This document shows positions 47,670 to 58,057 of a stretch of 64,000 bases of DNA, in pieces; within the stretch, counting starts at the first letter, position 1, and each line of letters starts with the position of its first letter. Made by a program: the position numbers and the translations under genes. Location: the NCBI GenBank assembly GCA_043803405.1, contig JAZDKB010000047.1, positions 24,782-88,781 of the forward strand, in the 5' to 3' direction. This DNA comes from Spirochaetota bacterium (GTDB taxonomy: Bacteria > Spirochaetota > UBA4802 > JAFGDQ01). The notes under the pieces are model-generated. The model did no database searches and was not told where the DNA came from. It saw only the letters and a program-made list of their open reading frames with translations.

Positions 47670-48554
47670 TTACTCACGTAGTTTTTTCCCGGTTAACTGA
47701 ATGAACAAATCTTCCAGATTTTGAGATCTGACTGTCAGGCTTGAAAGATCAATTCCATTAGTTATAAGCATTTCAATGCATTTATTAATATTATCAGTAT
47801 GTATTTCTATCTTATCCTGGATTTTTTCCCATTTCCATGGAATATTATCAAGTTTTTGTTTGTCGATTTCACCGCGCAGTATTACTAGATGGCCGTTGTT
47901 TCCTTTATGTATAAGCTCTTCCGGCGACCCCAGTGCAATAATTTTACCGAGATCCATAATCGCAATCCTGTCGCATAAAAGTTCAGCTTCTTCCATGTAA
48001 TGCGTAGTAAGTATTATTGTCTTTTTATTTGCTTTTATGCCACTTACTACATCCCATAAATGGCGCCTTGCCTGAGGATCCAGGCCCGTAGTAGGCTCAT
48101 CAAGAAAAATAAGTTCGGGATCATTGGCCAGTGCAATTGCCAGGAAAAGGCGTTGTCTTTGGCCACCAGATATCTTTTTGTTATCCCTGTCGGATATATC
48201 CTGCAATTCGCACATTTCGATTAATTTATCCAATGACAGGCCGTGAGAATAAAGGTTTCTGAATGTCTGGAGTACTTCCTTTACAGTTAGAGATTCAGGG
48301 AGTTGGGTATTCTGAAATTGTATGCCTACTTCATTGCGAAAATTTGTTTTTCTCTGTTTGCCCTTGTAATATATCTCTCCTGATGTCTGGAGCAATATTC
48401 CTTCGATTATTTCTATTAAGGTGGTTTTACCTGCACCGTTAGGCCCCAGCAAACCGAAGCATTCTCCTTCCTTTATTGAAAGGCTAACGCCGTCTACAGC
48501 TCTGACCTGCGGATAATCTTTTACAATATTTTGTATTTCCAGAATAGGATTCAT
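47670..48554 (-). CDS. ABC transporter ATP-binding protein
   Basis: GPNGAGKTT, ISGGQRQR, FLDEPT, TTH. Confidence 0.95.
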   Translation of the reverse strand: MNPILEIQNIVKDYPQVRAVDGVSLSIKEGECFGLLGPNGAGKTTLIEIIEGILLQTSGEIYYKGKQRKTNFRNEVGIQFQNTQLPESLTVKEVLQTFRNLYSHGLSLDKLIEMCELQDISDRDNKKISGGQRQRLFLAIALANDPELIFLDEPTTGLDPQARRHLWDVVSGIKANKKTIILTTHYMEEAELLCDRIAIMDLGKIIALGSPEELIHKGNNGHLVILRGEIDKQKLDNIPWKWEKIQDKIEIHTDNINKCIEMLITNGIDLSSLTVRSQNLEDLFIQLTGKKLRE

Positions 48555-48695
48555 TTTATAGTCTCTATATTTAGCCGGTTAAAAATGCGGATTGTAATTT
48601 ATAATAATAACGGCTAAAGAAATGATAATCATTTGAATATTGTCAATAGTATTAAAATAAAATCTTGATGAAAAAATTATATCAAATAAGTTTGT

Positions 48696-50564
48696 TTAAT
48701 TAAGAGGCAGTGCAATTGTAAAAACTGTTCCTTCGCCTGGTTTGCTTCGAACGTTTATTGTGCCTTTATGCTTCTCTACTACAGTTTTAACGTATGCAAG
48801 GCCTACACCATAACCTTTTTTATTTGCGGACATTTTTCCGCGGTTAAAAGGTGCAAATATATTAGGTAAATCATCTTCAGGAATTCCCGGGCCGGTATCT
48901 TTAATTTCAATCTTTATTAAATTCTCTTCCTGATAAGCAATGATATCAATTATGCAATTTTTATCTGAAAATTTAATAGCGTTATCAAGAAGATTGGTTA
49001 TTACCCTGTTTAACCGTAAGCCGTCGCCGGTTATATCGCCCATATATGAACAGGTCAGGTTCATTCTTATCCCGTGTTCTTTTGCCTTAACGGAATAGAT
49101 ATTATACAGGTAATCAAGAATTCTACACGGATTAATTGTCTGAAAGTTGAGTAAAATAAATCCGTGCTGCATCAGTGAAAATTCCAGAAATTCGTCTATA
49201 AGAGAGTTAAGTTTCTCTCCCTCGTTATTTATTACATTTAAATATTCATGTTTTTTATTATCATCCAGATCGTTCCATTTTTTTATTAATCGATTCGAAA
49301 AAAGCTGAATTGTCAAAAGAGGAGATTTCATGTCGTGTGCTATCATGCTTACAATATTTTTATTTTCATGCTGTAAATTTGTTATTTCTGTTATATCAAC
49401 TCCGATTGAGACAATGTTTGCAACCTCTCCATTTTCATTCAGTAAACCCGAGTTTGACCATGAAATAAGCCTGAATGAACCATCCTTCATTTTCCAGAAA
49501 TTTTCATGTTGTTCGGGGAAATTACCGTTTTTAATATTATTAAATATTTTTTTTATAGCATCCAGTCTGTCTTCTTTGATGAAGATATCCCAGAAAAGAC
49601 TGCCTTTTACTTCATCAAGAACATATCCGGTTATCTTCTGGCATGTCTTGTTAAACAGCACTATTCGTCCGCTATTATCGAGAACAATAATCAGAACATC
49701 CGCAGTGTCTATTACAGCTCGGATAAAATCTATCTCCTGTATGCACTGGGTATTTTGTTCGTTAAGATCTTTAAATATAAGATTGAACGGATTTTTTAAT
49801 GCTGAGGAAATTAATGCATTATAAAACAGATAGTAGGATATTATGGCAAATAAATGACCGGCGAAATTGGCTGTGCCATAAACCGACGTGTATTTGGTAA
49901 AAGACAGCTCGGAAAAAATTTTTAAAATAATAGCGAACAATATAAGATTTAAAACTTTTTTATCAAAATATTTTCTTTTTAGTTCAAGTGTTAATACAGA
50001 TAACAGAAAGATAAGGGATATTATATATTCACTATATATTTTAAAATTTGTTAAACCGGTTGCTTCAGTGTAACAGACCGGAAAGTTTTTCCAGATAAAT
50101 ATGGAAGCAATTATTAAAATTGTGATTAATGAATATATAATAATAACAAAACCCTGTGTGATTTTTCTATTTATAAAATACGGAGCTATAAGAAGAGTTA
50201 AGCATTCAATATACCTTGCGGATATCCAGAGCTGTGTTGCGAGATTAGCGCCCGGATAATCAGTAAAAATATTCATTCCTTTAAACGCCAGTGTATGAAG
50301 CAGTTGAACAAGTGCAATGAATATAAAAGCATAACCCAGGAATAAAATGTAATTATTGGATATTCTATTTCGTAAATTCCATGTAATAGTAAAAATACAG
50401 CAAACTACTATTATGCCGAAAATTTCCGCTAGCGAATGGAATAGAAGATAATTTTCAACACTAACAAGGTAAAGGATTTTTAAAGTAACAAAAAAAGATA
50501 AAATATATAATATATTTTTATAATTTAAAGTAAATAAATTATTGATTTTATTTTTTCGATTCAT
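48696..50564 (-). CDS. Sensor histidine kinase (MASE3-like TM, PAS, HisKA, HATPase)
   Basis: NYLLFHSLAE TM domain, PAS, AHDMKSPL, NLLDNAIKF, DTGPGI, GYGVGL. Confidence 0.92.
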   Translation of the reverse strand: MNRKNKINNLFTLNYKNILYILSFFVTLKILYLVSVENYLLFHSLAEIFGIIVVCCIFTITWNLRNRISNNYILFLGYAFIFIALVQLLHTLAFKGMNIFTDYPGANLATQLWISARYIECLTLLIAPYFINRKITQGFVIIIYSLITILIIASIFIWKNFPVCYTEATGLTNFKIYSEYIISLIFLLSVLTLELKRKYFDKKVLNLILFAIILKIFSELSFTKYTSVYGTANFAGHLFAIISYYLFYNALISSALKNPFNLIFKDLNEQNTQCIQEIDFIRAVIDTADVLIIVLDNSGRIVLFNKTCQKITGYVLDEVKGSLFWDIFIKEDRLDAIKKIFNNIKNGNFPEQHENFWKMKDGSFRLISWSNSGLLNENGEVANIVSIGVDITEITNLQHENKNIVSMIAHDMKSPLLTIQLFSNRLIKKWNDLDDNKKHEYLNVINNEGEKLNSLIDEFLEFSLMQHGFILLNFQTINPCRILDYLYNIYSVKAKEHGIRMNLTCSYMGDITGDGLRLNRVITNLLDNAIKFSDKNCIIDIIAYQEENLIKIEIKDTGPGIPEDDLPNIFAPFNRGKMSANKKGYGVGLAYVKTVVEKHKGTINVRSKPGEGTVFTIALPLN

Positions 50565-50847
50565 TATAATACTAAGGTTGAGTTGGGTAACTTCAAATTT
50601 TTTTAATAATTATGAATCTGTTTATCAGACTTGTTGCAAAACCGGTTTTGATTATAACTCAATAAATATAACAATTCAACTGAATTATGCAACAAATCTA
50701 TTATTGATTGATAGAATACTCTAAATATTTTTATAACATCATCCATTAATAATAACTCATAAATGTCATGGATTGACATATATGGTTAAAATATTTTAAG
50801 ATTACATTAAATTTAAAATAATAAATATAAATTTCAAGGAGAATTCT

Positions 50848-51285
50848 ATGAATATTTTCATTTGCCAGGTATGCGGCCTTATTGAATTTAATGCAGCTCC
50901 GGAGAAATGTCCGGTTTGCGGCGCTCTGAAGAGCAGTTTTAAACAGAATGATAATATTTTCAAAGAATCGGCAGAAAAAAGTCCGGAAGCCCCGGTAAAA
51001 CACATACCTGTATTAACAGTAAACAAAAGCTGTGCACTTATTCCTGAACAATCATGCGCCGACGTGCTGTTCAAAATTGGTAAAACATTGCATCCCATGG
51101 AAGAAAAACACTTCATTCAATGGGCAGACTGTTACCTCAATAATAAATTTATTGAACGAATACAGTTTACACCTTTTGGGGTTAATCCTGCAGGTTGCTT
51201 GCATATTAAAGAATTATCAGGCACAATTACCATTGTTGAAAATTGCAATATTCACGGTTACTGGAAAGCGGATATTGTTTTATAA
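50848..51285 (+). CDS. Rubredoxin-like domain fused to superoxide-reductase/desulfoferrodoxin domain
   Basis: CQVCG...CPVCG, then KHIP, HPMEEKHFIQW, CNIHG; aaggag RBS. Confidence 0.88.
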   Translation: MNIFICQVCGLIEFNAAPEKCPVCGALKSSFKQNDNIFKESAEKSPEAPVKHIPVLTVNKSCALIPEQSCADVLFKIGKTLHPMEEKHFIQWADCYLNNKFIERIQFTPFGVNPAGCLHIKELSGTITIVENCNIHGYWKADIVL

Positions 51286-53015
51286 TGCAAGCAATGTGGA
51301 AATTAAAATTCAAAGATGAGTTATCGGTTGTAATATCAGGATCAGCAGGGCAGGGGTTGCAAACAGTCGAACAACTCCTCCTAAGAATGATGAGCTCGGC
51401 AGGATATCACGTTTTTGCGTACAGCGAATTTATGTCTCGCATAAGAGGCGGGAACAACTCAACCCAGATCAGAATATCCTGCAATCGCGTGAATTCATTC
51501 GTCGATCGTATAGATGTTTTTTTTCCTATCGAAGAAATAGCTATATCCCGTTTTAAGAACAGGCTTACTAAAGATACGCTTATAATTGGGCAGGAAAAAT
51601 ACATTGAGGACATTTTTAGGCAGGGGAAATATAATATCGCTCTTATTCCAGAAAGTCCTGCAAAGAATGATTCCGGAAATCAAATTATTATCAATATTCA
51701 GGTCATTGGCATTCTTTCTGCTCTTATGGGAATTGATAATAATAAGGCAATCAGTCTTATAAAGAATTATTTTAGTAAACTGAGCGAAGAAAAGATGTCG
51801 GATAATATTTATTCCCTGAATAAAGGATATGAATTTGTTCAGGAAAATTTTCGTTCCCGAATATCTTATCCTTTATTTGCTCCTGGTAAAGAAAGCGATA
51901 AAGAAATGCTATTATACGGAAGTGATGCGATCGGCATGGGTGCCCTTGCAGGAGGCTGCGATTTTGTATCCTCGTATCCGATGTCCCCGTCCACAGGTGT
52001 ACTGGTTTATTTGGCACAAAAATCGCAGGATTTTAAAATTGTAGTAGAGCAGGCGGAGGACGAGATAAGTGCAGTCAACATGGTAATCGGTGCCTGGTAT
52101 GCGGGCGCCCGCGCAATGGTAACTACTTCCGGAGGCGGATTTGCACTCATGATCGAAGGGCTTAGCCTCGCAGGAGCACTGGAATCGCCGCTGGTTATTC
52201 ATCTTGCACAGAGGCCCGGGCCTGCAACAGGGCTTCCTACAAGAACAGAGCAGGCTGATCTTCTTATGGCGCTCTATGCCGGCCATGGTGAATTTCCGAG
52301 GGTTATACTTGCTCCCGGAACAAAAGACGAAGGGATCACCTTTGCATGCAATGCGTTTAATATGGCGGATAAATACCAGGTTCCGGTATTCATTCTAACC
52401 GACCAATACTTTCTTGATTCTGCAAATAATATACCTGCTGTCGACTTATCAAATCTTAAAGTTGAAAAATATTTTATAAAAACGGAAACCGGATATAAAC
52501 GACATACATTCACAAGAGACGGAATTTCTCCCAGAGGAATACCCGGCTACGGTAGCGGAATAGTCTGTGTAGATAGCGATGAACACGATGAAGCGGATTA
52601 CATAACCGAAGACTCCGATATAAGGACCCGTATGGTCGACAAACGCTTAAAAAAATTAAACGCAATTGAAAGGGATATAATCCAGCCGAAATTAACTGGA
52701 AATAAAAAATATAAGTATTTGATTGTAGGCTGGGGCTCAACCTTCGGAGCTATTAATGAAGCATTGGAATTAATTGGCAATAAAGATATTGCGTTCCTGC
52801 ATTTTTCCCAGTTATATCCTTTATCAAAAAAAACCGGATCATTATTGCAGAAAGCGAAAAAAACAATAATTGTTGAGGGAAATGCAACATCTCAGTTCGG
52901 GAAATTGATTAAACTGGAAACGGGTCATGTATTTGATAATGCCATACATAAATACAACGGAATACCGTTTTCAGTAGAAGAGCTTGTTAAGAAAATTAAA
53001 AAATGCTTATCTTAA
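51285..53015 (+). CDS. korA: 2-oxoacid:ferredoxin oxidoreductase alpha subunit (fused gamma domain)
   Basis: G.AGQG, SRIRGG, YPMSPST, QAEDEI, TSGGGF, QRPGPATGLPT; start probably the ATG overlapping the upstream TAA rather than the track's 51243. Confidence 0.92.
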   Translation: MQAMWKLKFKDELSVVISGSAGQGLQTVEQLLLRMMSSAGYHVFAYSEFMSRIRGGNNSTQIRISCNRVNSFVDRIDVFFPIEEIAISRFKNRLTKDTLIIGQEKYIEDIFRQGKYNIALIPESPAKNDSGNQIIINIQVIGILSALMGIDNNKAISLIKNYFSKLSEEKMSDNIYSLNKGYEFVQENFRSRISYPLFAPGKESDKEMLLYGSDAIGMGALAGGCDFVSSYPMSPSTGVLVYLAQKSQDFKIVVEQAEDEISAVNMVIGAWYAGARAMVTTSGGGFALMIEGLSLAGALESPLVIHLAQRPGPATGLPTRTEQADLLMALYAGHGEFPRVILAPGTKDEGITFACNAFNMADKYQVPVFILTDQYFLDSANNIPAVDLSNLKVEKYFIKTETGYKRHTFTRDGISPRGIPGYGSGIVCVDSDEHDEADYITEDSDIRTRMVDKRLKKLNAIERDIIQPKLTGNKKYKYLIVGWGSTFGAINEALELIGNKDIAFLHFSQLYPLSKKTGSLLQKAKKTIIVEGNATSQFGKLIKLETGHVFDNAIHKYNGIPFSVEELVKKIKKCLS

Positions 53016-53027
53016 AAATATAAAAAC

Positions 53028-53070
53028 TTTTCCGCGGCAAGCCGCGGGGAATTATACCAAAAGTGATTAA
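53028..53070. repeat. REP-like hairpin between the oxidoreductase subunit genes
   Basis: ttttccgcggc-aa-gccgcggggaattataccaaaagtgattaa; GC island in an AT-rich spacer, no U-tract on the plus strand. Confidence 0.6.
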
Positions 53071-53086
53071 ATATGAGTAATATTTT

Positions 53087-53938
53087 ATGAAAACTATATT
53101 CGATTTTGAGGACAAAATTGACATCGCCTGGTGTCCTGGTTGTGGTAATTTCAGCATTCTTAAAGCATTAAAACTCGCTATTACCGAACTCAATATTCCC
53201 CAGGATAGATTAGTATTGGTTTCGGGAATAGGACAGGCTGCAAAAACGCCACAGTATATCAGGGCAAATTTTTTCAATGGATTACACGGGAGATCTTTAC
53301 CCGCTGCCACAGGAATAAAAGCTGCTAATCCTGAACTAACTGTTATTGCAATCAGCGGTGACGGCTGTACTTACGGGGAAGGAGGCAATCATTTTATTCA
53401 CACCATAAGAAGAAATCCCGACATTGTAAACATTGTACATAATAACATGGTTTATGGGCTGACGAAAGGGCAGGCGTCGCCAACCAGCAGTCGCGGTTTT
53501 AAATCTCCGGTACAGGTTACTGGAGTATATCTCGAGCCATTCAATCCGGTTGCCGTAGCAATATCCTTGAATGCTTCTTTTGTGGCACGTGCCTATGCTG
53601 CGGATATAGAACAGACTAAAGAGATTATAATAAAAGCAATCAATAACCGAGGATATTCTCTTGTGGATATTTTTCAGCCTTGCGTAAGTTTTAATAATAT
53701 AAATACTTACCAATGGTACAAAGAGAATACATATTACATTGAAGATTCTTACGACCCTTATGACAGAGAAAAAGCAATACGTTTGTCATTTGAGAACAGC
53801 AAGTTCCCGCTTGGCATAATATATCTTAATAACAGCAATAAAACATTTGAAGAAAATCTGACAGCTTACGAAAATGACAGACGACCTTTATTCCAAAGAA
53901 CAGCCGATAAAGAAAAACTAAAATCTGTAATTTATTAA
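53087..53938 (+). CDS. korB: 2-oxoacid:ferredoxin oxidoreductase beta subunit (TPP-binding)
   Basis: WCPGCG, SGIG, HGR, GDG...NN..YGLTKGQ.SPT, QPCVSFN. Confidence 0.93.
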   Translation: MKTIFDFEDKIDIAWCPGCGNFSILKALKLAITELNIPQDRLVLVSGIGQAAKTPQYIRANFFNGLHGRSLPAATGIKAANPELTVIAISGDGCTYGEGGNHFIHTIRRNPDIVNIVHNNMVYGLTKGQASPTSSRGFKSPVQVTGVYLEPFNPVAVAISLNASFVARAYAADIEQTKEIIIKAINNRGYSLVDIFQPCVSFNNINTYQWYKENTYYIEDSYDPYDREKAIRLSFENSKFPLGIIYLNNSNKTFEENLTAYENDRRPLFQRTADKEKLKSVIY

Positions 53939-53940
53939 CT

Positions 53941-54072
53941 TTACACAAGAGTAATTATTTTTTCTTCTTTTGCGCATTTAAAACAAAATCTCTTTCCGTT
54001 TTTACTGTCTTTTGAAGGCACAAAATAATGATTTAATTTATGAATTTCAGAACCGCATTTATTGCATTTCAT
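53941..54072 (-). CDS. 43-aa CxxC...CxxC microprotein (not in the ORF track)
   Basis: MKCNKCGSEIHKLNHYFVPSKDSKNGKRFCFKCAKEEKIITLV, with a gggga RBS upstream of the ATG. Confidence 0.65.
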   Translation of the reverse strand: MKCNKCGSEIHKLNHYFVPSKDSKNGKRFCFKCAKEEKIITLV

Positions 54073-54249
54073 GTTCTATCCCCGTTAAATTAATTAATAG
54101 AATTAATATTATTTTCGGTAATTTATAATGTATAGATTACAGAAAATAATTATTGTTGACGGAATCGGTTTTATTATTGATTAATAATCATCTAATTATT
54201 AGTTTTTTGGATATTAATTTTTAACTTAATTCAATTTAAGGAGGATATT

Positions 54250-55239
54250 ATGAAACGTTTTATTTTCATAAGTCTAAGTCTGTTATTAATTGTTAATTTC
54301 AGTTGTAGTAAAGAAGAAAAATCATCCGTTGCAATGAAAGGAATTGTAAATTTTATTTCCGGCAATGTTAAATTGATCGATCCTAAGGGCAGCAGTAGAA
54401 ATGCAGCCATAGGAGATGAAATCACACAGGGAATGAAAATTGAAACAATAGGGCAAAAATCTTTTGCAGATATATATATAGGCGATTATATAATCAAAGT
54501 ATTGGGTGACACAGTCGTTGATATTAAAAAGTTATCCGAAGATCTTAAAGACGGGAATAAAGACGTTAAATTTACTGTAGAGAAAGGCAGGTTATTTTCA
54601 AGGATAACTGAAAAGCTAGCTAAAAATGATAAATATGAGGTTTCAACTCCTACTGCTACGGCTGCGGTAAGAGGAACGGAGTTTCTAGTTTCAGAAGATA
54701 AAGGAAAAGCAAATGTCGCATGCCTTAGCGGACTTGTATCTGTTTTAAACAACAGCCTTTCGGGCTCCACGCCATTGGTTCTTGATCCTAAAGAAGAAAC
54801 TGATGTTGTTGCAGGAGAAAATATGGTTAAAAAGCAGATATCTGCTGATAAATTAAGAATGCTGAATATCCTGCTCGATATAAAAAAGATGAGAGAAGAT
54901 ATCAGACAGAAATTTGAACAGCAGCGTGAAGAAATAAGAAAGCATGTAAAGGATCAAAAGGCCAAAAACAAAGAAATTCTGGACGCTCAGAAGGAAAAGG
55001 ATAAAGCTCTCGTAGAAGACCAGAAAAAACGCGACAAAGAAAACGTCGACGCAATAAAAGGTAAAACAGACGATGCAGCAAAGGAAGCTTTTAATTCAGC
55101 AAAAAAGCAAATGGAAAGCACTAAAGTCGATAAAGATGCAGCGAAAAGAGAAGCTGACGAGAAGAGAGAATCGGTTAAACCGACTATCGATAAAGATAAA
55201 TTTAAAGTTGATAAAGACCAGTTCAAAACAAAGCAATAA
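54250..55239 (+). CDS. FecR-domain lipoprotein (LipL45-like) with charged coiled-coil tail
   Basis: NFSC lipobox, V.TPTATAAVRGTEF.V, aaggagg RBS. Confidence 0.85.
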   Translation: MKRFIFISLSLLLIVNFSCSKEEKSSVAMKGIVNFISGNVKLIDPKGSSRNAAIGDEITQGMKIETIGQKSFADIYIGDYIIKVLGDTVVDIKKLSEDLKDGNKDVKFTVEKGRLFSRITEKLAKNDKYEVSTPTATAAVRGTEFLVSEDKGKANVACLSGLVSVLNNSLSGSTPLVLDPKEETDVVAGENMVKKQISADKLRMLNILLDIKKMREDIRQKFEQQREEIRKHVKDQKAKNKEILDAQKEKDKALVEDQKKRDKENVDAIKGKTDDAAKEAFNSAKKQMESTKVDKDAAKREADEKRESVKPTIDKDKFKVDKDQFKTKQ

Positions 55240-55287
55240 TAGCTTGACAAAGATTGTATCGTATATCTAATGTCCGAGTAATATTTT

Positions 55288-55524
55288 ATGACCTTCGAAA
55301 GAGGACACATAGGATTTTTCATTGCTTTTATAATAATAGGAGCAATTCTGGGAGCAGTTATTGGTGTACTTTTTGCAGGAATTTTCCCAGGTCTTTCTCC
55401 ACTTATTAAAAATTTGACGGGGCCAATCGGTTTTAACTTAGAAGTCATTAGTTTTCATATCAATCTAAGTCTGTCCGCTATTGTTGGCATAATAGCGGGA
55501 ATTATACTTTTTATTAAAGTTTAA
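55288..55524 (+). CDS. Small membrane protein (DUF4321-like)
   Basis: 78 aa, hydrophobic, GAILG..IG, NL.VI.F.I.LSL..IVGII. Confidence 0.7.
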   Translation: MTFERGHIGFFIAFIIIGAILGAVIGVLFAGIFPGLSPLIKNLTGPIGFNLEVISFHINLSLSAIVGIIAGIILFIKV

Positions 55525-55638
55525 TTGTGGTGCAGCATATCTCCGCGGCCTGTTAACAAAAAGCTAAAATATTATTATAATACTATATTATTAGTATAAT
55601 AATAATTAAAATTTAATAATAAGGAGGATACATTTCTA

Positions 55639-56487
55639 TTGGCTATTGTATCAATGAAAGCATTACTCGAGTCCGGAGTACACTTCGGTCATCAGACCAG
55701 AAGATGGAATCCGAGAATGGCTCAATATATTTTTATTGCGCGCGGCGGCATTCATATTATAGACCTGCAAAAGACAATGCAGCTTTTAAAAACCGCGTAC
55801 GCAGCTATGAAGGAATTGGCCGCTAAGGGAGGCAAAATTCTTTTTGTAGGCACAAAAAAGCAGGCAAAAACAGCAATAGTTGAATATGCCAGCAAATGCA
55901 ATATGCATTATATATCAGAGAGATGGCCCGGCGGGCTTCTCACAAATTTTAACACTGTTAAAAAATCAATTCAAAGATTTAAAGATCTTGAAGAGATGAG
56001 CAAAACAGGCAATTGGGATGCTGAAACCAAGAAAGAAATTCTGGAGCTGAACAGAGAACTTGCAAAAAAAATTAAAATGTTCTCCGGTATAAAAGACATG
56101 AACAAGCTGCCGGATGCTCTTTTTATTATTGATCCGAAAAAAGAAGCTATTGCGGTTAAAGAAGCAAAAATATTAGGAATTCCAATTTTTGCAGTTGTAG
56201 ATACTAACTGCAATCCTGATGAAATAGATTATCCTATACCAGGGAATGATGATGCAATAAGAGCAATAGGAGTCTTCCTTGAAGCAATGTCCAGCGCAAT
56301 TAATGAAGGAGTATCAATACAGCAGGTAGATTTAACATCTGTTGAAGATCTATCCGCCATGGGTGCAAAAGAAAATGTTGAAGGCGAAGATATTCCGAAA
56401 TCTGCAAACATTTCCGACGCGGCAGTCAAGACTACTTATAATGCGGAATATGATGAAGATGAAAATTTTGACACTAAACATAAGTAA
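55639..56487 (+). CDS. rpsB: 30S ribosomal protein S2
   Basis: [49 protein letters not shown] start after aaggagg. Confidence 0.98.
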   Translation: MAIVSMKALLESGVHFGHQTRRWNPRMAQYIFIARGGIHIIDLQKTMQLLKTAYAAMKELAAKGGKILFVGTKKQAKTAIVEYASKCNMHYISERWPGGLLTNFNTVKKSIQRFKDLEEMSKTGNWDAETKKEILELNRELAKKIKMFSGIKDMNKLPDALFIIDPKKEAIAVKEAKILGIPIFAVVDTNCNPDEIDYPIPGNDDAIRAIGVFLEAMSSAINEGVSIQQVDLTSVEDLSAMGAKENVEGEDIPKSANISDAAVKTTYNAEYDEDENFDTKHK

Positions 56488-56520
56488 ACCGATATAATAA
56501 CATCTTAATATTATATTACT

Positions 56521-56553
56521 AATAGCGACGCAATAAAGCGCCGCTATTTTTTT
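56521..56553 (+). terminator. Intrinsic terminator after rpsB
   Basis: aatagcgacgc-aataaa-gcgccgctatt followed by ttttt. Confidence 0.8.
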
Positions 56554-56720
56554 TATAATATAAATACCTGTAAGTGTATATTGCTTCATGGATGACGCTT
56601 AAGTTTGTATTTATATTCTTTACTTCCGATAATATATCTTATGTCTCATATCGAAATTAATGCTATTAAAATAAATCTAACTTTCTATGATCAAGACAGT
56701 AATTATAAAAGTTCATTTAA

Positions 56721-58043
56721 TTAAGAATTCCGGCCAATGCAGTAATAACTAAAGCCTTTCTGCTTCATCGTGGAAGGTTCATACTGATTCCTGCCGTCGA
56801 AGATTACAGCGGTCTTCATAAGTGATTTCATTCTATCGAAATCCGGTTTCCTGAACTGGTGCCATTCGGTCAAAAGTAAAAGAGCATCCGCATTTTGTAC
56901 AGCATCATAATACTTGGATATATATTCGATATTATTATTTCCAAGAATTGATTTTGCGACACCCATTGCAACCGGATCGTGAGCCCTTATAAAAGCACCA
57001 TTTTCTCTGAGTGCATTAATAATGTCTAGGGATGGAGCTTCACGCATATCATCTGTCTGCGGTTTAAATGAAAGTCCCCATATTGCAAACATCTTGCCTT
57101 TTACATCCTTATTAAAATGTTTTAATATCTTATCAATAAATCTGAATCTTTGTTCTTTATTTATTAGATCAACTGCAGAAAGTATTTTAGCATCGAGGCC
57201 GTTATCATTTGAAGTTTTAATTAATGCTTTTACATCTTTCGGGAAGCAAGAGCCGCCGTAACCGAGACCGGCAAATAAAAAAGCATTACCGATCCTTGTA
57301 TCCGATCCGATCCCTTTTCTAATGTTTTCGATGTCTGCACCGACTTTTTCGCAAAGAATAGAGAGTTCATTCATAAAAGTAATTTTCGAAGCGAGCATGG
57401 CATTGGAAGCATATTTTGTTAGTTCGGCAGAAGGTATATCCATAAATAATATCCGGTCGCCTTTTCTGAAAAACGGAGAATACAGGTCTTTCATGCAATT
57501 AGTGGAAAGTTCGCTGTCCGTACCGATGACGACTCTGTCGGGTTTCATAAAATCTTCAATTGCGCTGCCCTCTTTTAAAAATTCCGGATTTGAAACAACA
57601 TCGAATTTTATATTCACGCCTCTGATTTTCAATTCTTCATTGATAACTTGTTTAACTTTTAAATATGTTCCTACAGGAACTGTTGACTTATTAATAACAA
57701 TAGTATATTTATCAATATTTTTCCCGATATTTCGCGCTACGTTTATTACATGCTGTAAATCTGCCGAGCCGTCTTCACCTGATGGTGTGCCCACTGCGAT
57801 AAATACGAACAGGGATTCATTTAAACCTTCATTTATATCCGTACTGAACTTTAATCTTCCTTCGGAAACATTTCTTTCAATCATCTCGCCAAGGCCTGGT
57901 TCGTATATTGGAATTACACCTTTCGTTAAACTACTTATCTTTTCTTTATCAATATCAATGCACAAAACATCATTTCCCATTTCTGCAAAACAAGTGCCCG
58001 TTACCAACCCAACATAACCGCAGCCGACTATAACTAATTTCAA
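56721..58043 (-). CDS. ugd: UDP-glucose 6-dehydrogenase
   Basis: GCGYVG, AVGTP, KSTVP, SNPEFL.EG, GYGGSCFPKD, FKP.TDD.R. Confidence 0.95.
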   Translation of the reverse strand: MKLVIVGCGYVGLVTGTCFAEMGNDVLCIDIDKEKISSLTKGVIPIYEPGLGEMIERNVSEGRLKFSTDINEGLNESLFVFIAVGTPSGEDGSADLQHVINVARNIGKNIDKYTIVINKSTVPVGTYLKVKQVINEELKIRGVNIKFDVVSNPEFLKEGSAIEDFMKPDRVVIGTDSELSTNCMKDLYSPFFRKGDRILFMDIPSAELTKYASNAMLASKITFMNELSILCEKVGADIENIRKGIGSDTRIGNAFLFAGLGYGGSCFPKDVKALIKTSNDNGLDAKILSAVDLINKEQRFRFIDKILKHFNKDVKGKMFAIWGLSFKPQTDDMREAPSLDIINALRENGAFIRAHDPVAMGVAKSILGNNNIEYISKYYDAVQNADALLLLTEWHQFRKPDFDRMKSLMKTAVIFDGRNQYEPSTMKQKGFSYYCIGRNS

Positions 58044-58057
58044 AACAACCTCCTAAT

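Noticed and set aside
50637..50650. Perfect palindrome caaaaccggttttg upstream of the histidine kinase
   Set aside because: Single 14-bp palindrome with no second copy or cognate regulator in the window; may be chance or an IS-end remnant.
51243..51284. Track's longer N-terminus for the oxidoreductase alpha subunit (similarly starts 32018, 37079, 19272)
   Set aside because: Downstream starts remove overlaps and/or have better RBS or signal peptides.
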